From NCBI RefSeq assembly GCF_036399055.1, contig NZ_DASWNX010000033.1: DNA of 64,000 bases. One strand, written 5' to 3'. How positions within the stretch are numbered: position 1 is the stretch's first letter; the number at the start of each line of letters is the position of its first letter. The notes under the pieces were generated by a model. It was given only the letters and a program-made list of their open reading frames with translations, was not told the origin of the DNA and did not search any database. Below are positions 39,971 through 52,518 of this stretch, in pieces. The position numbers were made by a program, and so were the translations under genes. The DNA comes from Jatrophihabitans sp. GTDB taxonomy: Bacteria; Actinomycetota; Actinomycetes; Mycobacteriales; Jatrophihabitantaceae.

Positions 39971-40363
39971 TCAGTCGTAGAGCACCACGTGGCTGGGCCG
40001 CACCCGCACGACCACCCGGACGCGGTCGGTGCCCTCGTCGTCGGTCCAGCTCTTGCCGGTGTAGGCCTGTGACAGCCGCTCGATCAACTCCGGCCCACCC
40101 TCGGTGCTCATGCTGACCATGCCGCGGACCTCGACGTAGTGGTAGAGGTCCGTCCGGTCCAGCACCATCACGCTCACCCGCGGGTCCTTGAGCCAGTTGG
40201 TCTCCTTCTTGCGGCCCTGGATCGTGGACAGCAACAGCTCGTCGCCCTCGTAGGTCGCCCACATCACCGACGTCTGCGGTGAGCCGTCGGTGTTGCTCGT
40301 CGCCACCACCACGACGTTGGCGTCATCGAGCAGCTTCTTGGCCAGGTCTGGCAATGCGGTCAT
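39971..40363 (-). CDS. PPOX-class F420-dependent oxidoreductase
   Basis: VATSNTDGSPQTSVMW, GRKKETNWLKDPRVS, YVEVRG. Confidence 0.88.
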   Translation of the reverse strand: MTALPDLAKKLLDDANVVVVATSNTDGSPQTSVMWATYEGDELLLSTIQGRKKETNWLKDPRVSVMVLDRTDLYHYVEVRGMVSMSTEGGPELIERLSQAYTGKSWTDDEGTDRVRVVVRVRPSHVVLYD

Positions 40364-40401
40364 AGCCGAAGTCTAGGTGAGCCGGCGGCTAGATTCAGCA
40401 C

Positions 40402-41508
40402 ATGCACCCAGAGCCGCTGCACCGTGAATCGATGCTGATCGCCGCCGGCCGGCCGGACCGCACCCCGGCCGGTCCGGTCAACCAGCCGATCGTGCTGACC
40501 TCGACTTTTCACGCCGGGGGCCAGCGGGTGTACGGCCGCGACGGCAACGACACCGTCGCGGCGTTCGAGGCGGCCCTGGGAGCGGTCGAGGGCGGCCAGG
40601 CCACCGCTTTCTCCTCCGGAATGGCCGCCTGCGCCGCGCTGATCGAGGGGCTGCCGGCCGGTTCGGTGGTCGTGCTGCCCACCAGCTTCTACAACTTCAA
40701 CCGGACCCTGCTCGACAAGCAGGTCGAGCTCGGCCGGTTGTCGCTGCGCCCGGTCGACGTCACCGACACCGCCGCCGCGATCGACGCGCTGGCGCAGGCG
40801 ACGTTGCTCTGGCTGGAGTTGCCGACCAACCCGATGCTGTGGGTGCCCGACCTGCCGGCGCTGACCGCCGCCGCGCGGCAGCACGGCGTGCGCACCGTCG
40901 TCGACGCCACCCTGGCGACCCCGCTCGGGATCCGGCCGCTGGAGCACGGCGCCGACGTGGTGATGCACTCGGCGACCAAATGGATCGCCGGGCACAGCGA
41001 CCTGGTGATGGGCGTGCTCGTCACCGCCGACCAGGCCATCGACGACGAGATCAAGGCCCGCCGGAACCTGACCGGCGCGCTGCCCGGCGCGCTGGAGTCC
41101 TTTCTCGCCCTACGCGGCCTGCGCACCCTCTCGGTTCGGCTGGAACGAGCCTGCGCCAACGCCGCTGAGCTGGCCGGGCGGCTCCAGAGTCACCCAGCGG
41201 TGCGCAAGGTCCACTACCTGGGGCGGCCGGAGCACCCGCACGCCGCCCGGATCGCCGCGCTGCTGGACAACCACGGCGGGCTGCTGTCCTTCGAGCCCGA
41301 CTCGTTGCAGCGGGCCCAGCGAATCTGTGAACGGGTGCGGCTGATCAGCCACGCCACCAGCCTCGGCGGGGTGGAGTCCCTGCTGGAACGGCGAGGCAGC
41401 TACCCCGGTGAGGCCCAGCAGCACACCCCGGCCGAGTTGATCCGGCTGTCGGTCGGGCTGGAGCACGTCGAGGACCTGTGGGCGGACTTGGCGCAGGCAC
41501 TGAGCTGA
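40402..41508 (+). CDS. PLP-dependent cystathionine gamma-synthase/lyase family protein
   Basis: YGRDGN, FSSGMAA, ELPTNP, HSATKWIAGHSD (PLP Lys), SLGGVESL, RLSVGLE. Confidence 0.9.
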   Translation: MHPEPLHRESMLIAAGRPDRTPAGPVNQPIVLTSTFHAGGQRVYGRDGNDTVAAFEAALGAVEGGQATAFSSGMAACAALIEGLPAGSVVVLPTSFYNFNRTLLDKQVELGRLSLRPVDVTDTAAAIDALAQATLLWLELPTNPMLWVPDLPALTAAARQHGVRTVVDATLATPLGIRPLEHGADVVMHSATKWIAGHSDLVMGVLVTADQAIDDEIKARRNLTGALPGALESFLALRGLRTLSVRLERACANAAELAGRLQSHPAVRKVHYLGRPEHPHAARIAALLDNHGGLLSFEPDSLQRAQRICERVRLISHATSLGGVESLLERRGSYPGEAQQHTPAELIRLSVGLEHVEDLWADLAQALS

Positions 41509-41631
41509 GCGGTAGGCAGGCCCGTCACGCCGGCTGAGCGTTGCCCGGAACGTCAAACGTCATGCTGAGAGGTCGTCAGGGCGACGCGGCAGCATGACGG
41601 CCGGCGCGTGGAACGGGCGGCTCGTGCGCCT

Positions 41632-42102
41632 TCAGCGGGTGATCAGAGCGGTGGCCATGGCGGCCAGCCCCTCACCACGGCCGGTCAGCCCGAGACCGTC
41701 GGTGGTGGTGGCTGACAGCGTCACCGGCGCGCCGACGACGTCGCTGAGCAGCGCCTCGGCATCCAGGCGGCGCGGTCCCAGTTTCGGCCGGTCACCGATT
41801 AACTGCACCGCGACGTTGCCGATCCGCCAGCTCGCCGAGTGCAGCCGGCGAACCACCTCGGCCAGCAGCTCGATACCCGAAGCGCCTGCCCACTCCGGCT
41901 GCGAGGTGCCGAACACCGCTCCCAGGTCGCCGAGCCCGGCCGCTGACAGCAGCGCGTCGCACGCGGCATGGCAGACCACGTCACCGTCTGAGTGACCAGC
42001 GCAGCCGGCGACGTTCGGCCAGAAGAGGCCGGCCAGCCAGCACTCGCGGCCGGCCTCGATCGGATGCACATCGACGCCGACGCCGACCCGGGGCAGCGTC
42101 AT
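41632..42102 (-). CDS. ispF: 2-C-methyl-D-erythritol 2,4-cyclodiphosphate synthase
   Basis: GVGVDVH, GHSDGDV, GDLG, TTTDGLG. Confidence 0.97.
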   Translation of the reverse strand: MTLPRVGVGVDVHPIEAGRECWLAGLFWPNVAGCAGHSDGDVVCHAACDALLSAAGLGDLGAVFGTSQPEWAGASGIELLAEVVRRLHSASWRIGNVAVQLIGDRPKLGPRRLDAEALLSDVVGAPVTLSATTTDGLGLTGRGEGLAAMATALITR

Positions 42103-42788
42103 GCCGGCCGGCCGGAATGAGACAGGGCAGCCGGCTCGGCCGCTATCGCATGCGCCAGTCGCAGGTCATGCTGCGTGGTGATCTTGAAGCTGATCGAGGC
42201 GCCGGCGACCGTGCGCACGGGAACTCCGAGCGCTTCGAGCAGGCCCGCGTCGTCGGTCACCTCGGTCAGCGAGCGCTGCTCGGCGGCCCGGTGGGCGGCG
42301 AGCAGGGCCGCCAAGGAGAAACCCTGAGGCGTCTGGACCGCCCGCAGCCCGGTTCGATCCAGGGTGGCCACAACCTGTCCGGCGGAGTCCACCTGCTTGA
42401 CGGTGTCAGCCACCGCCAGCACCGGGATCACCGCTTGCGCGCCGTGGCGCAGGGCTGTCACCACGGCTGAGACCACCGAAGGGTCCACCAGGGGACGAGC
42501 GGCGTCGTGCACCAGCACCAGCTCGACGTCGGGACCCAGAGCGGCCAGACCCAGGCGCACCGAGCGCTGTCGGCTGGAACCGCCGGCCACCACGCGAGCT
42601 GACTCGCCCACGTGGGCCTGGACGGCGGTCATCGCCTCGGCCGGCGCCACCACCACCACCGAGTCGATGTCGGGGTGACTGCTGAAGGCGTCGAGTGCCC
42701 AGTTGAGCAGCGGGCGCCCGCACAGGGGGACCAGAGCCTTGGGCATGCCCGCTCCGAGGCGTTCCCCGGAACCGGCAGCCACGATCAC
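42099..42788 (-). CDS. ispD: 2-C-methyl-D-erythritol 4-phosphate cytidylyltransferase
   Basis: [35 protein letters not shown]. True start probably upstream (CTG 42851). Confidence 0.96.
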   Translation of the reverse strand: MIVAAGSGERLGAGMPKALVPLCGRPLLNWALDAFSSHPDIDSVVVVAPAEAMTAVQAHVGESARVVAGGSSRQRSVRLGLAALGPDVELVLVHDAARPLVDPSVVSAVVTALRHGAQAVIPVLAVADTVKQVDSAGQVVATLDRTGLRAVQTPQGFSLAALLAAHRAAEQRSLTEVTDDAGLLEALGVPVRTVAGASISFKITTQHDLRLAHAIAAEPAALSHSGRPA

Positions 42789-42847
42789 CGCGGCAACCGT
42801 GCCGGTCGGCTCAGCCGCGGAGGACCGTGAGTCGGCCAGAGACTGGC

Positions 42848-43339
42848 TCAGGCGACGGCCTCAGCCAGGACCTCATCGAGCACGAGTTCGGCCTTGTCCT
42901 CGTTGGTGCCCTCGGCCAGCGCGAGTTCGCTCACCAGGATCTGGCGTGCCTTGGCCAGCATTCGCTTCTCGCCCGCGGACAGGCCGCGGTCCTTCTCGCG
43001 GCGCCACAGGTCGCGAACGACCTCGGCCACCTTGTTCACGTCACCGGAGGCCAGCTTCTCGCCGTTGGCCTTGTAACGGCGCGACCAGTTGGTGGGCTCT
43101 TCGGTGTGCGGGGCGCGAAGGACCTCGAACACCCGGTCCAGGCCTTCTTGGCCGACTACGTCTCGAACACCCACGATTTCAGCGTTGTCAGCGGGCACCC
43201 GAACGGTCAGGTCACCCTGCTGAACCTTGAGCACCAAGTAGATTCGCTCAACGCCCTTGATGATGCGGGTCTCGATTGCCTCGATTTTGGCAGCACCATG
43301 GTGCGGATAAACTACGGTCTCGCCGACCTCAAAAGTCAT
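42848..43339 (-). CDS. carD: CarD RNA-polymerase-binding factor
   Basis: [31 protein letters not shown]. Confidence 0.98.
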   Translation of the reverse strand: MTFEVGETVVYPHHGAAKIEAIETRIIKGVERIYLVLKVQQGDLTVRVPADNAEIVGVRDVVGQEGLDRVFEVLRAPHTEEPTNWSRRYKANGEKLASGDVNKVAEVVRDLWRREKDRGLSAGEKRMLAKARQILVSELALAEGTNEDKAELVLDEVLAEAVA

Positions 43340-43594
43340 AGAGGCAACCCCTTCCGGTGGACTCCAGGGTAACACGTGGGGGCGACACGCCCAGGTCCTT
43401 CCCAGCTCCGCCGACTACTGTGCCCGCCCCTCTGCCGCCGCGGCCGGCGCAAGTAGGCGGTGGCCCGGGCCACCTGTCGGTGAACCGGTCACGCGCGCTC
43501 GCTAGGCTGAAGCGCGATGTCCCAACCCGGCTCAACAGTCGACCGGCAGGGAAGGCAAGACACCGCGAGTTGAGGCAGGAAGAGGAGTCGCCCC

Positions 43595-44548
43595 GTGGGA
43601 AACGAGACCGCTGATCGTGCTGGCCTGCTCCGCCGGCTCGGGGCGGCAGTCGGGTCCGGGGCGGCGGGACTGCTGCTGGTGACCGGCTGCTCGGCCGGCA
43701 TCCAGGCTCAGACCGTCCAGCAGACGCCCTCGATCGACGGCGTGCAGGCCGAGGCCGGGAACATCGCCATCCGGGCCGCCGGCGTCGCCGCCCCCGAATC
43801 GGGCGCCAGCTACTCCAAGGGCTCCTCTGTCCCGTTGCGCATGGTGCTGGTGAACCGGGGCGCGAAGGCGGACAAGCTGGTGTCGGTGACCTCGACGATC
43901 GCCTCCGGGACGCGGTTCGCAGGGGGGTCCGGGGCCTCTTCGTCAGCCTCCGGATCCAGCGGCTCCGCAGCCGGCGGCTCGGCCTCGGCTGCCAGCTCCT
44001 CAGCAGGCCCCACCGCCTCCGCCAGCTCGTCACCGTCCGGCTCCGCGTCAGCCACCGGCTCCGCGTCGGCCACCGGCTCCGCGTCGGCCACCGGCTCAGC
44101 GTCGGCCACCGGCTCAGCGTCGGCCACCGGCTCGGCGTCAGCCACCGGCTCCGCGTCAGCCACCGGCTCGGCGTCGCCCACCGGGTCGGCGAGCTCCTCC
44201 GCTCAGAACACCCCGATCGACCTGCCGGGCCGCCAGGCGGTGCAGATCGGGATCAGTGACGGCGGGCCCACCGTGACACTCGACAATGTCAACGTCCAGC
44301 TGTTCCCGGCGCAACTGGTGCCGGTGACCCTGACCTTCCAGAGCGGCGCCAGCGTGACCGTCATGCTGGCCGTTCAACTGTCGCGCGAGGTGCCCAGCGC
44401 GCCGGTCGTGAGCGAGGCGCTCCACCCGGCCGGCGAGGGCGAGTCCAGCCAGGCAGAGGGCAACGAGGCCAGCCAGTCCGCAGGCGAAGCCAGCCCGTCC
44501 GCAGGCGAGGCCAGCCCGTCCGCAGGCGAGTCGAGCCCCGGCGACTGA
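43595..44548 (+). CDS. LpqE-like lipoprotein with Ser/Ala/Thr-rich repeat insert
   Basis: Lipobox VTGC; LVNRGAKADKLVSV and VTLTFQ; sits between carD and radA like lpqE. Confidence 0.75.
   Translation: MGNETADRAGLLRRLGAAVGSGAAGLLLVTGCSAGIQAQTVQQTPSIDGVQAEAGNIAIRAAGVAAPESGASYSKGSSVPLRMVLVNRGAKADKLVSVTSTIASGTRFAGGSGASSSASGSSGSAAGGSASAASSSAGPTASASSSPSGSASATGSASATGSASATGSASATGSASATGSASATGSASATGSASPTGSASSSAQNTPIDLPGRQAVQIGISDGGPTVTLDNVNVQLFPAQLVPVTLTFQSGASVTVMLAVQLSREVPSAPVVSEALHPAGEGESSQAEGNEASQSAGEASPSAGEASPSAGESSPGD
44039..44182 (+). repeat. Eight 18-bp tandem units encoding GSASAT
   Basis: ggctc(c/a/g)gcgtc(a/g)gccacc repeated in frame; last unit GSASPT. Confidence 0.95.
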
Positions 44549-44582
44549 CTCCGCGCTGGCCACCCGCTCGGCGCGGGCTTTG

Positions 44583-44604
44583 TGTCACCACCTCCCGGTA
44601 ACGT
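44583..44604 (+). promoter_or_regulatory. PafBC / RecA-independent DNA-damage promoter motif upstream of radA
   Basis: TGTCAC-N10-TAACGT, with in-frame GTG 44612 beginning 7 nt after the -10 element. Confidence 0.65.
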
Positions 44605-44611
44605 CCGCCGG

Positions 44612-46015
44612 GTGAGCAACCCGCCGGGCAGCAGCGCCGCCAAGCAGCCCAAACGCGCCGCCACGAGTTACGTGTGCGCCGAGTGCGGCACGGTCTCGAT
44701 CAGGTGGGTCGGGCGCTGCCCCGAGTGCCAGGCCTGGGGCACCATGACCGAAGACGGCGGCCGGGCGGCCTCGCTGACCCTGCCGGCGCTGGTCACCCCG
44801 CGCAACGCGGCCCAGCCGATCAGCCGGCAGGACTCCGCCGTGGCCCGGGCGCTGCCGACCGGTATCGGCGAGCTGGACCGGGTGCTCGGCGGCGGCCTGG
44901 TGCCGGGCGCGGTGCTGCTGCTGGCGGGCGAGCCGGGCGTCGGCAAGTCAACCCTGTTGCTCGAAGTCGGCCAGAAGTACGCCGCCGTCTCCGGTTCGCC
45001 CGCGTTGATCGTGACCGGCGAGGAGTCGACGTCGCAGGTCCGGGCCCGCGCCGAGCGAACTCACACCATGCATTCCCAGCTGTTCCTGGCTGCCGAGAAC
45101 GACCTAGGCGCCGTGCTGGCCCACCTGGACGAGGTGAAGCCGGGGCTGCTGATCCTGGACTCAGTGCAGACCATCGCGTCCTCGACGGTGGACGGGGTGA
45201 TGGGCGGGGTCCCGCAGATCCGCGCCGTCACCGCCGCCATCAGCTCGGTGGCCAAGGAACGGGGAATCGCCACGGTCCTGGTAGGCCATGTCACCAAGGA
45301 CGGCTCCATCGCCGGTCCGCGGGCGCTGGAGCACCTGGTCGACGTGGTGCTGTATTTCGAAGGCGACCGGCACAGCTCGTTGCGCATGCTGCGCGCGATC
45401 AAGAACCGGTACGGCGCCACCGACGAGGTCGGCTGTTTCGAGATGCACGAAGAAGGCATCGACGAGCTGACCGACCCATCCGGGCTGTTCGTCAGCAGCC
45501 GTGACATCGCCGTTCCCGGCACCTGCGTCACGGTGACGGTGACCGGCCGGCGGCCGCTGCTGTCAGAGGTGCAGTCGCTGGTGGCAGCCGCCTACGGCAA
45601 CGGCGGGTCGGCACGCCGCTCGGTGACCGACCTCGACGCCTCCCGGGTGAACATGCTGCTGGCGGTGCTCGGCCGGCATGCCGGTGTGCAACTCAGCGAG
45701 CGCGACGTCTACGCGGCCAGCGTCGGCGGTATCAAGATCACCGAGCCGTCGGTCGATCTGGCCATCCTGCTCGCCATCGCCTCGGCCGCCAGCGACATCG
45801 CCCTGCCGAGCACGCTATGCGCGATCGGCGAGGTGTCCCTGTCCGGCGACATCCGCCGGGTCAGCAGCGTGCAGCGCCGGCTGAGTGAGGCAAGCAGGCT
45901 CGGCTTTCGCCGGGCGCTGGTGCCGCACGGCTCGGACTGGTCCCAGCTCAATGGCATGAAGGTCATCGAGGTGCCCACCGTGGCCAAGGCCTGGGACTTC
46001 GTGGCCCAGTTGTGA
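44612..46015 (+). CDS. radA: DNA repair protein RadA/Sms
   Basis: CAECG...CPEC Zn finger, GEPGVGKS, KNRYG, Lon-like C-terminus. Confidence 0.98.
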   Translation: MSNPPGSSAAKQPKRAATSYVCAECGTVSIRWVGRCPECQAWGTMTEDGGRAASLTLPALVTPRNAAQPISRQDSAVARALPTGIGELDRVLGGGLVPGAVLLLAGEPGVGKSTLLLEVGQKYAAVSGSPALIVTGEESTSQVRARAERTHTMHSQLFLAAENDLGAVLAHLDEVKPGLLILDSVQTIASSTVDGVMGGVPQIRAVTAAISSVAKERGIATVLVGHVTKDGSIAGPRALEHLVDVVLYFEGDRHSSLRMLRAIKNRYGATDEVGCFEMHEEGIDELTDPSGLFVSSRDIAVPGTCVTVTVTGRRPLLSEVQSLVAAAYGNGGSARRSVTDLDASRVNMLLAVLGRHAGVQLSERDVYAASVGGIKITEPSVDLAILLAIASAASDIALPSTLCAIGEVSLSGDIRRVSSVQRRLSEASRLGFRRALVPHGSDWSQLNGMKVIEVPTVAKAWDFVAQL

Positions 46016-46111
46016 CTGGCAGGCCGGGCCGCCGAGGGCCGAAGCCGGTCGTCAAGCTCCTAGACTGTTCTCAAGTTCAAGATCATCATGTGAACATGCA
46101 GGAGTGCGTAC

Positions 46112-47191
46112 GTGGCCATCAGTGATCGCGACGAGGTGCTGCGATCGGTTCTCGCCTCGCTCGCCCCTGGCACCGACATCCGTGACGGGCTCGAGCGGAT
46201 CTTGCGAGGCAACACCGGCGCGCTGATCGTGCTGGGCCATGACAAGGTCGTCGAGTCGCTGTGCACCGGCGGGTTTCCGCTGGACATCGAGTTCGCGGCC
46301 ACCCGGCTGCGCGAACTGGCGAAGATGGACGGCGCGGTCGTGCTCAGCACCGACGGCTCGCGAATCCTGCGGGCGGCCACCCACCTGATGCCCGACCCGG
46401 CCATTCCGACCGAGGAGTCGGGCACCCGGCACCGCACCGCTCAACGGGTCGCCCAGCAGACCGGCTTTCCGGTGATCTCGGTGTCGCAGTCGATGAAGAT
46501 CATCAGCCTCTACCTCGGCGCTCGCCGGCACGTGCTGGAGAACTCCACCTCGTTGCTGTCACGGGCCAACCAGGCGGTTCAGACGCTGGAGCGGTACAAG
46601 TCCCGGCTGGACGAGGTGTCTCAGACCCTGGCCGCGCTGGAGATCGAAGACCTGGTCACCGTCCGCGACGCCACCGCGGTGTCACAGCGGCTTGAGATGG
46701 TGAGCCGGATCGCCGACGAGATCTCCGGCTACGGCGCCGAGCTGGGCACCGACGGCCGGCTGCTGTCGCTGCAGCTGGAAGAGTTGATGGCCGGCGTGCA
46801 CACCGACCGCGAGCTGATCGCCCAGGATTACCTGCCCTCCGGACGCAAGAACCGGACGCTGGAACAGGCGCTGGAGGATCTGGCGCAGCTCTCGGCCGCA
46901 GAGCTGCTCGACCTGTCCAACGTCGCCAAGGCGCTGGGCTACCCGGGCGGCCCAGAGACCCTGGAGGCGACGGTGAGCCCTCGCGGCTACCGGCTGCTGT
47001 CCCGGGTGCCGCGGCTGCCGAATCTGGTGCTCACCCGGATCGTGGAGCATTTCGGGAGCCTGCAGAAGGTGCTCGCGGCGACCGTGGACGAGTTGCAGGA
47101 CGTCGAGGGCGTCGGCGACGCGCGGGCGCGCTCCATCCGCGAGGCACTCTCACGACTGGCCGACGCCTCGATCATCGAGCGCTACACCTGA
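46112..47191 (+). CDS. disA: DNA integrity scanning diadenylate cyclase
   Basis: LAKMDGA, SGTRHRTA, C-terminal HhH (VEGVG). Confidence 0.98.
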   Translation: MAISDRDEVLRSVLASLAPGTDIRDGLERILRGNTGALIVLGHDKVVESLCTGGFPLDIEFAATRLRELAKMDGAVVLSTDGSRILRAATHLMPDPAIPTEESGTRHRTAQRVAQQTGFPVISVSQSMKIISLYLGARRHVLENSTSLLSRANQAVQTLERYKSRLDEVSQTLAALEIEDLVTVRDATAVSQRLEMVSRIADEISGYGAELGTDGRLLSLQLEELMAGVHTDRELIAQDYLPSGRKNRTLEQALEDLAQLSAAELLDLSNVAKALGYPGGPETLEATVSPRGYRLLSRVPRLPNLVLTRIVEHFGSLQKVLAATVDELQDVEGVGDARARSIREALSRLADASIIERYT

Positions 47192-47199
47192 GCCAGCAC

Positions 47200-48144
47200 G
47201 TGACCCCGACGAGGCGGGAGCAGCCTCCGGCGCTCGGGCGCGGCTGCCACGATCAGAGCGCCCTGCCCGGTGACACCTCAGAGATCGCCGGCCAGGTCAC
47301 AGCCTGGTTCACCGAATGCGCCCGTGACCTGCCATGGCGCCGTCCCGGCACGCCGGCCTGGTCGGTGCTGGTCAGCGAGGTGATGCTGCAGCAGACCCCG
47401 GTCGCCAGGGTGCTGCCGGTCTACCGCGACTGGCTCGCCCGCTGGCCGGGCCCGGCCGAGCTGGCCGCGGATTCTCCAGGCGCGGCGGTGCGGATGTGGG
47501 GCAAGCTCGGTTACCCGCGCCGGGCATTGCGGTTGCACGGCTGCGCGTCGGCGATCGTGGAGCGACACGGCGGCCAGGTGCCGGCGGGCCTGACCGAGCT
47601 GTTGGCGCTGCCGGGCGTCGGCGAGTACACCGCGCGGGCCGTGCAAGCCTTCGCCTTCGGCGCCCGGGCCGCCGTGGTGGACACCAACGTGCGCCGGGTG
47701 CTTGCCCGGGCAGTCGAGGGCCAGGGGCAGGCGGCCCCGCCCTCGACGAGCCGGGACCTGGCTGCGATGCAGGCGGTGCTGCCGCAGGCCGACTCGGCGG
47801 CCGCGGTGTTCTGCGCGGCGATGATGGAACTCGGCGCGGTGCTGTGCACGGCCGCTTCGCCGTCCTGCTCTGCGTGCCCGATCCGCGACCGGTGCGCCTG
47901 GCGGCTGGCGGGCTACCCGCCGTATGAGGGACCGGTGGCCAGGCCGCAGCGCTTTGCCGGCACCGACCGGCAGGTGCGCGGGCTGCTGCTGGACGTGCTG
48001 CGCGGCGCCGCCGATCCGGTGCCCGCTTCGGCGCTGGACGCGGTCTGGCCCGAGGCCGGGCAGCGCCGGCGAGCCCTGGACGCGCTGGTCGCCGACGGCC
48101 TGGTCGACCCGTTGCCCGACGGCCGGTTCGCACTGCCGTCCTGA
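47200..48144 (+). CDS. mutY: A/G-specific adenine glycosylase
   Basis: SEVMLQQT, LGYPRRA, LPGVGEYTA, DTNV, Cx6Cx2Cx5C cluster motif. Confidence 0.95.
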   Translation: MTPTRREQPPALGRGCHDQSALPGDTSEIAGQVTAWFTECARDLPWRRPGTPAWSVLVSEVMLQQTPVARVLPVYRDWLARWPGPAELAADSPGAAVRMWGKLGYPRRALRLHGCASAIVERHGGQVPAGLTELLALPGVGEYTARAVQAFAFGARAAVVDTNVRRVLARAVEGQGQAAPPSTSRDLAAMQAVLPQADSAAAVFCAAMMELGAVLCTAASPSCSACPIRDRCAWRLAGYPPYEGPVARPQRFAGTDRQVRGLLLDVLRGAADPVPASALDAVWPEAGQRRRALDALVADGLVDPLPDGRFALPS

Positions 48145-48169
48145 CCGGGCCGGTACCGACATCTGGCCG

Positions 48170-48972
48170 CATCGACCTGCCGCGCTACGAGCACTAGAAG
48201 CCACTCACGTGCGTCCTCGATGACTGCGGGGTCCGACCAGTCGAACTCCACCGAGCCGCCCATAGGCCATCTCTGCTTCGACAGGTCCTTGCACCGGGTC
48301 AGGGTGTCCGCCGACTTGATGCGCAGGACCAGGATGCTGCTGCCGGACTTCATCCAGAGCGGCGAACAGCGCGTCCCATCCGTCGGCCAGCAGCTGGCCG
48401 CCGTGAAGGTCCGGATGCTCCCAGGTCGGCCACGTCAGAACCGTCTCAGCCACGAGCTCGACGCGTCGGTAAGGCATCAGCGGGGCTGGCGGACTCAGCT
48501 CGACGAGGTCGGCGCCCGCCGGGGTGTAGACGACCCGCGCGCCTTCCTCAGTGCCGAAGAGTGCGCCCACGACCTCGATGCCACCATCGACCGCGCCGTC
48601 GAAGTAGAAGAACGACAACAAGCCCTCAGCGGGGAAGCCTGCATCGCGCAACCGGTGTGGGACGCTGGGGTACAGGTGGCCGCAGTCGAGGGTGGCCACA
48701 TGGGACAGGGGTCCATAGCCCTCCCACACGGGCCATCCGGCGCCCATCGGCCCGAGGGGAACACCACCTAGCCACCCGAGGACCTGAGGGCCGGCTGACC
48801 CTCTACGGCTCAGCCAGCCCCGGGGAGCGTCCAGGCCAGGCGTGAGTCGCGCAGCCGGGGCGAGCATTCTCGACCACCGTTCACCGAGATCCTCACCCAA
48901 GTGCTCGCGAGCCAGCCGCGACAGCTTGGTCACCTCGTCGATAACGCTCATCGGCCCTCCCCGCTCGGTCAC
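48170..48972 (-). pseudogene. DUF1963/YwqG-family gene, probably frameshifted and truncated
   Basis: GLLSFFYFDG and HQVGGHPDPVQGPV in frame. The expected continuation (EFDWSDPAVIEDAREWLL) is in another frame near 48250, and the usual C-terminal motif is absent. Confidence 0.55.
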
Positions 48973-49082
48973 AGACGCTCAGGAGAGGACTTTGCTAAGC
49001 CGCGCGCCTGCGGCAATGCTCGACACGCTCGGGCCGCACACGTTCGGCAAACCTCAGCGCCATGACTCACCCCTCACCCAGC

Positions 49083-49117
49083 AGCAAGGCCCCGGTCCGC
49101 TGGACCGGGGCCTTGCT
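49083..49117 (-). terminator. Hairpin after clpC
   Basis: agcaaggccccggtcc-gct-ggaccggggccttgct, perfect 16-bp stem. Confidence 0.85.
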
Positions 49118-49140
49118 CACTGCCTAGGACAAAGAACTTC

Positions 49141-51648
<2,508 letters not shown>

Positions 51649-51754
51649 TGTCGCTCTTCTCCTTACCGCTCGACGGGATCACTGGCTGGACCGCCGTGCA
51701 GGTCTTTGACTCTAGTCGTCGCACGACCGAGGCCGCGCTCCAATCCCTCGCATC

Positions 51755-51768
51755 TGCTCACAGCGAAC
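51755..51768 (-). promoter_or_regulatory. Candidate ClgR site upstream of clpC
   Basis: GTTCGC-N5-GCA versus the GTTCGC-N5-GCG consensus recalled for actinomycete ClgR; ClgR is known to regulate clpC. Confidence 0.45.
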
Positions 51769-52137
51769 GGCCAATCCACCCTACGCCGATTTAACGGATT
51801 CGTCGGCGGGAGGAGGAAGGCAGCTGGAAGCAGGGCAGGGTTGTAGTAACAGCGCGGCAGTCAGGTTTATGCCAGCGAGCGCGCGCAGCTCGGCGCGGTC
51901 GAGCGGGGGCCGGCCCTCGGCGGCTACGACCGGGCCGCTCGGGTGGCGGTGCCTGGCGCTGTCGCGGGTGCTGTCACAGGCGGCGGGCGAGCCGGGCCCG
52001 GCAGCAGAAGGCGGCGGTCCGGAGCAGATGAGCGATAAACACGGGGTCAGAGGCAGAAGGTAGTCAGAAGGACACAAGAAACTGCTGGCCCCCGGCCACG
52101 CGTCAGCGAAAAGAACGCCGTCGGCACGAGCCCGGGG

Positions 52138-52166
52138 ACCGCCGAGCCGTTGTCCGGCTCGGCGGT
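52138..52166 (-). terminator. Hairpin immediately after lsr2
   Basis: accgccgagcc-N7-ggctcggcggt. Confidence 0.55.
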
Positions 52167-52170
52167 GCGG

Positions 52171-52518
52171 TTAGTGAGAGGAGTTGTAAGCCTCGAAGAT
52201 GCTGGCCGGGATACGACCGCGCTCAGAGACCTTGTGTCCGTTCTTACGCGCCCATTCCCGAATGGCCTGCGTTTGTTCGCGGTCGATACGAGCGCCGCTA
52301 CGGCCCGGACGCCCCGGCGTGCCCGGCCTGGCCGCAGTGGCGCGCGAGGCCCGTCGGGCATGCCCAACAAATGGCGCCAAAACCTCACGCAATTTGTCAG
52401 CATTCTCGGAGGAGAGGTCGATCTCGTACCCAGAACCGTCGAGGCCGAATGCGACCGTCTCGGTGGCAGTCCCACCATCTAGGTCGTCGACGAGTAGGAC
52501 CTGGATCTTCTGGGCCAT
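52171..52518 (-). CDS. lsr2: Lsr2 nucleoid-associated protein / xenogeneic silencer
   Basis: [38 protein letters not shown]-hook. Confidence 0.98.
   Translation of the reverse strand: MAQKIQVLLVDDLDGGTATETVAFGLDGSGYEIDLSSENADKLREVLAPFVGHARRASRATAARPGTPGRPGRSGARIDREQTQAIREWARKNGHKVSERGRIPASIFEAYNSSH

Noticed and set aside
44039-44182. Tandem repeats here and at 37080-37330 as a possible CRISPR array
   Set aside because: There are no unique spacers, the repeats are in-frame coding units, and no cas genes are present.
51781-52077. 98-aa ORF in the lsr2-clpC gap
   Set aside because: No RBS or family motif, atypical codon use and low complexity. I could not support either a CDS or an ncRNA.
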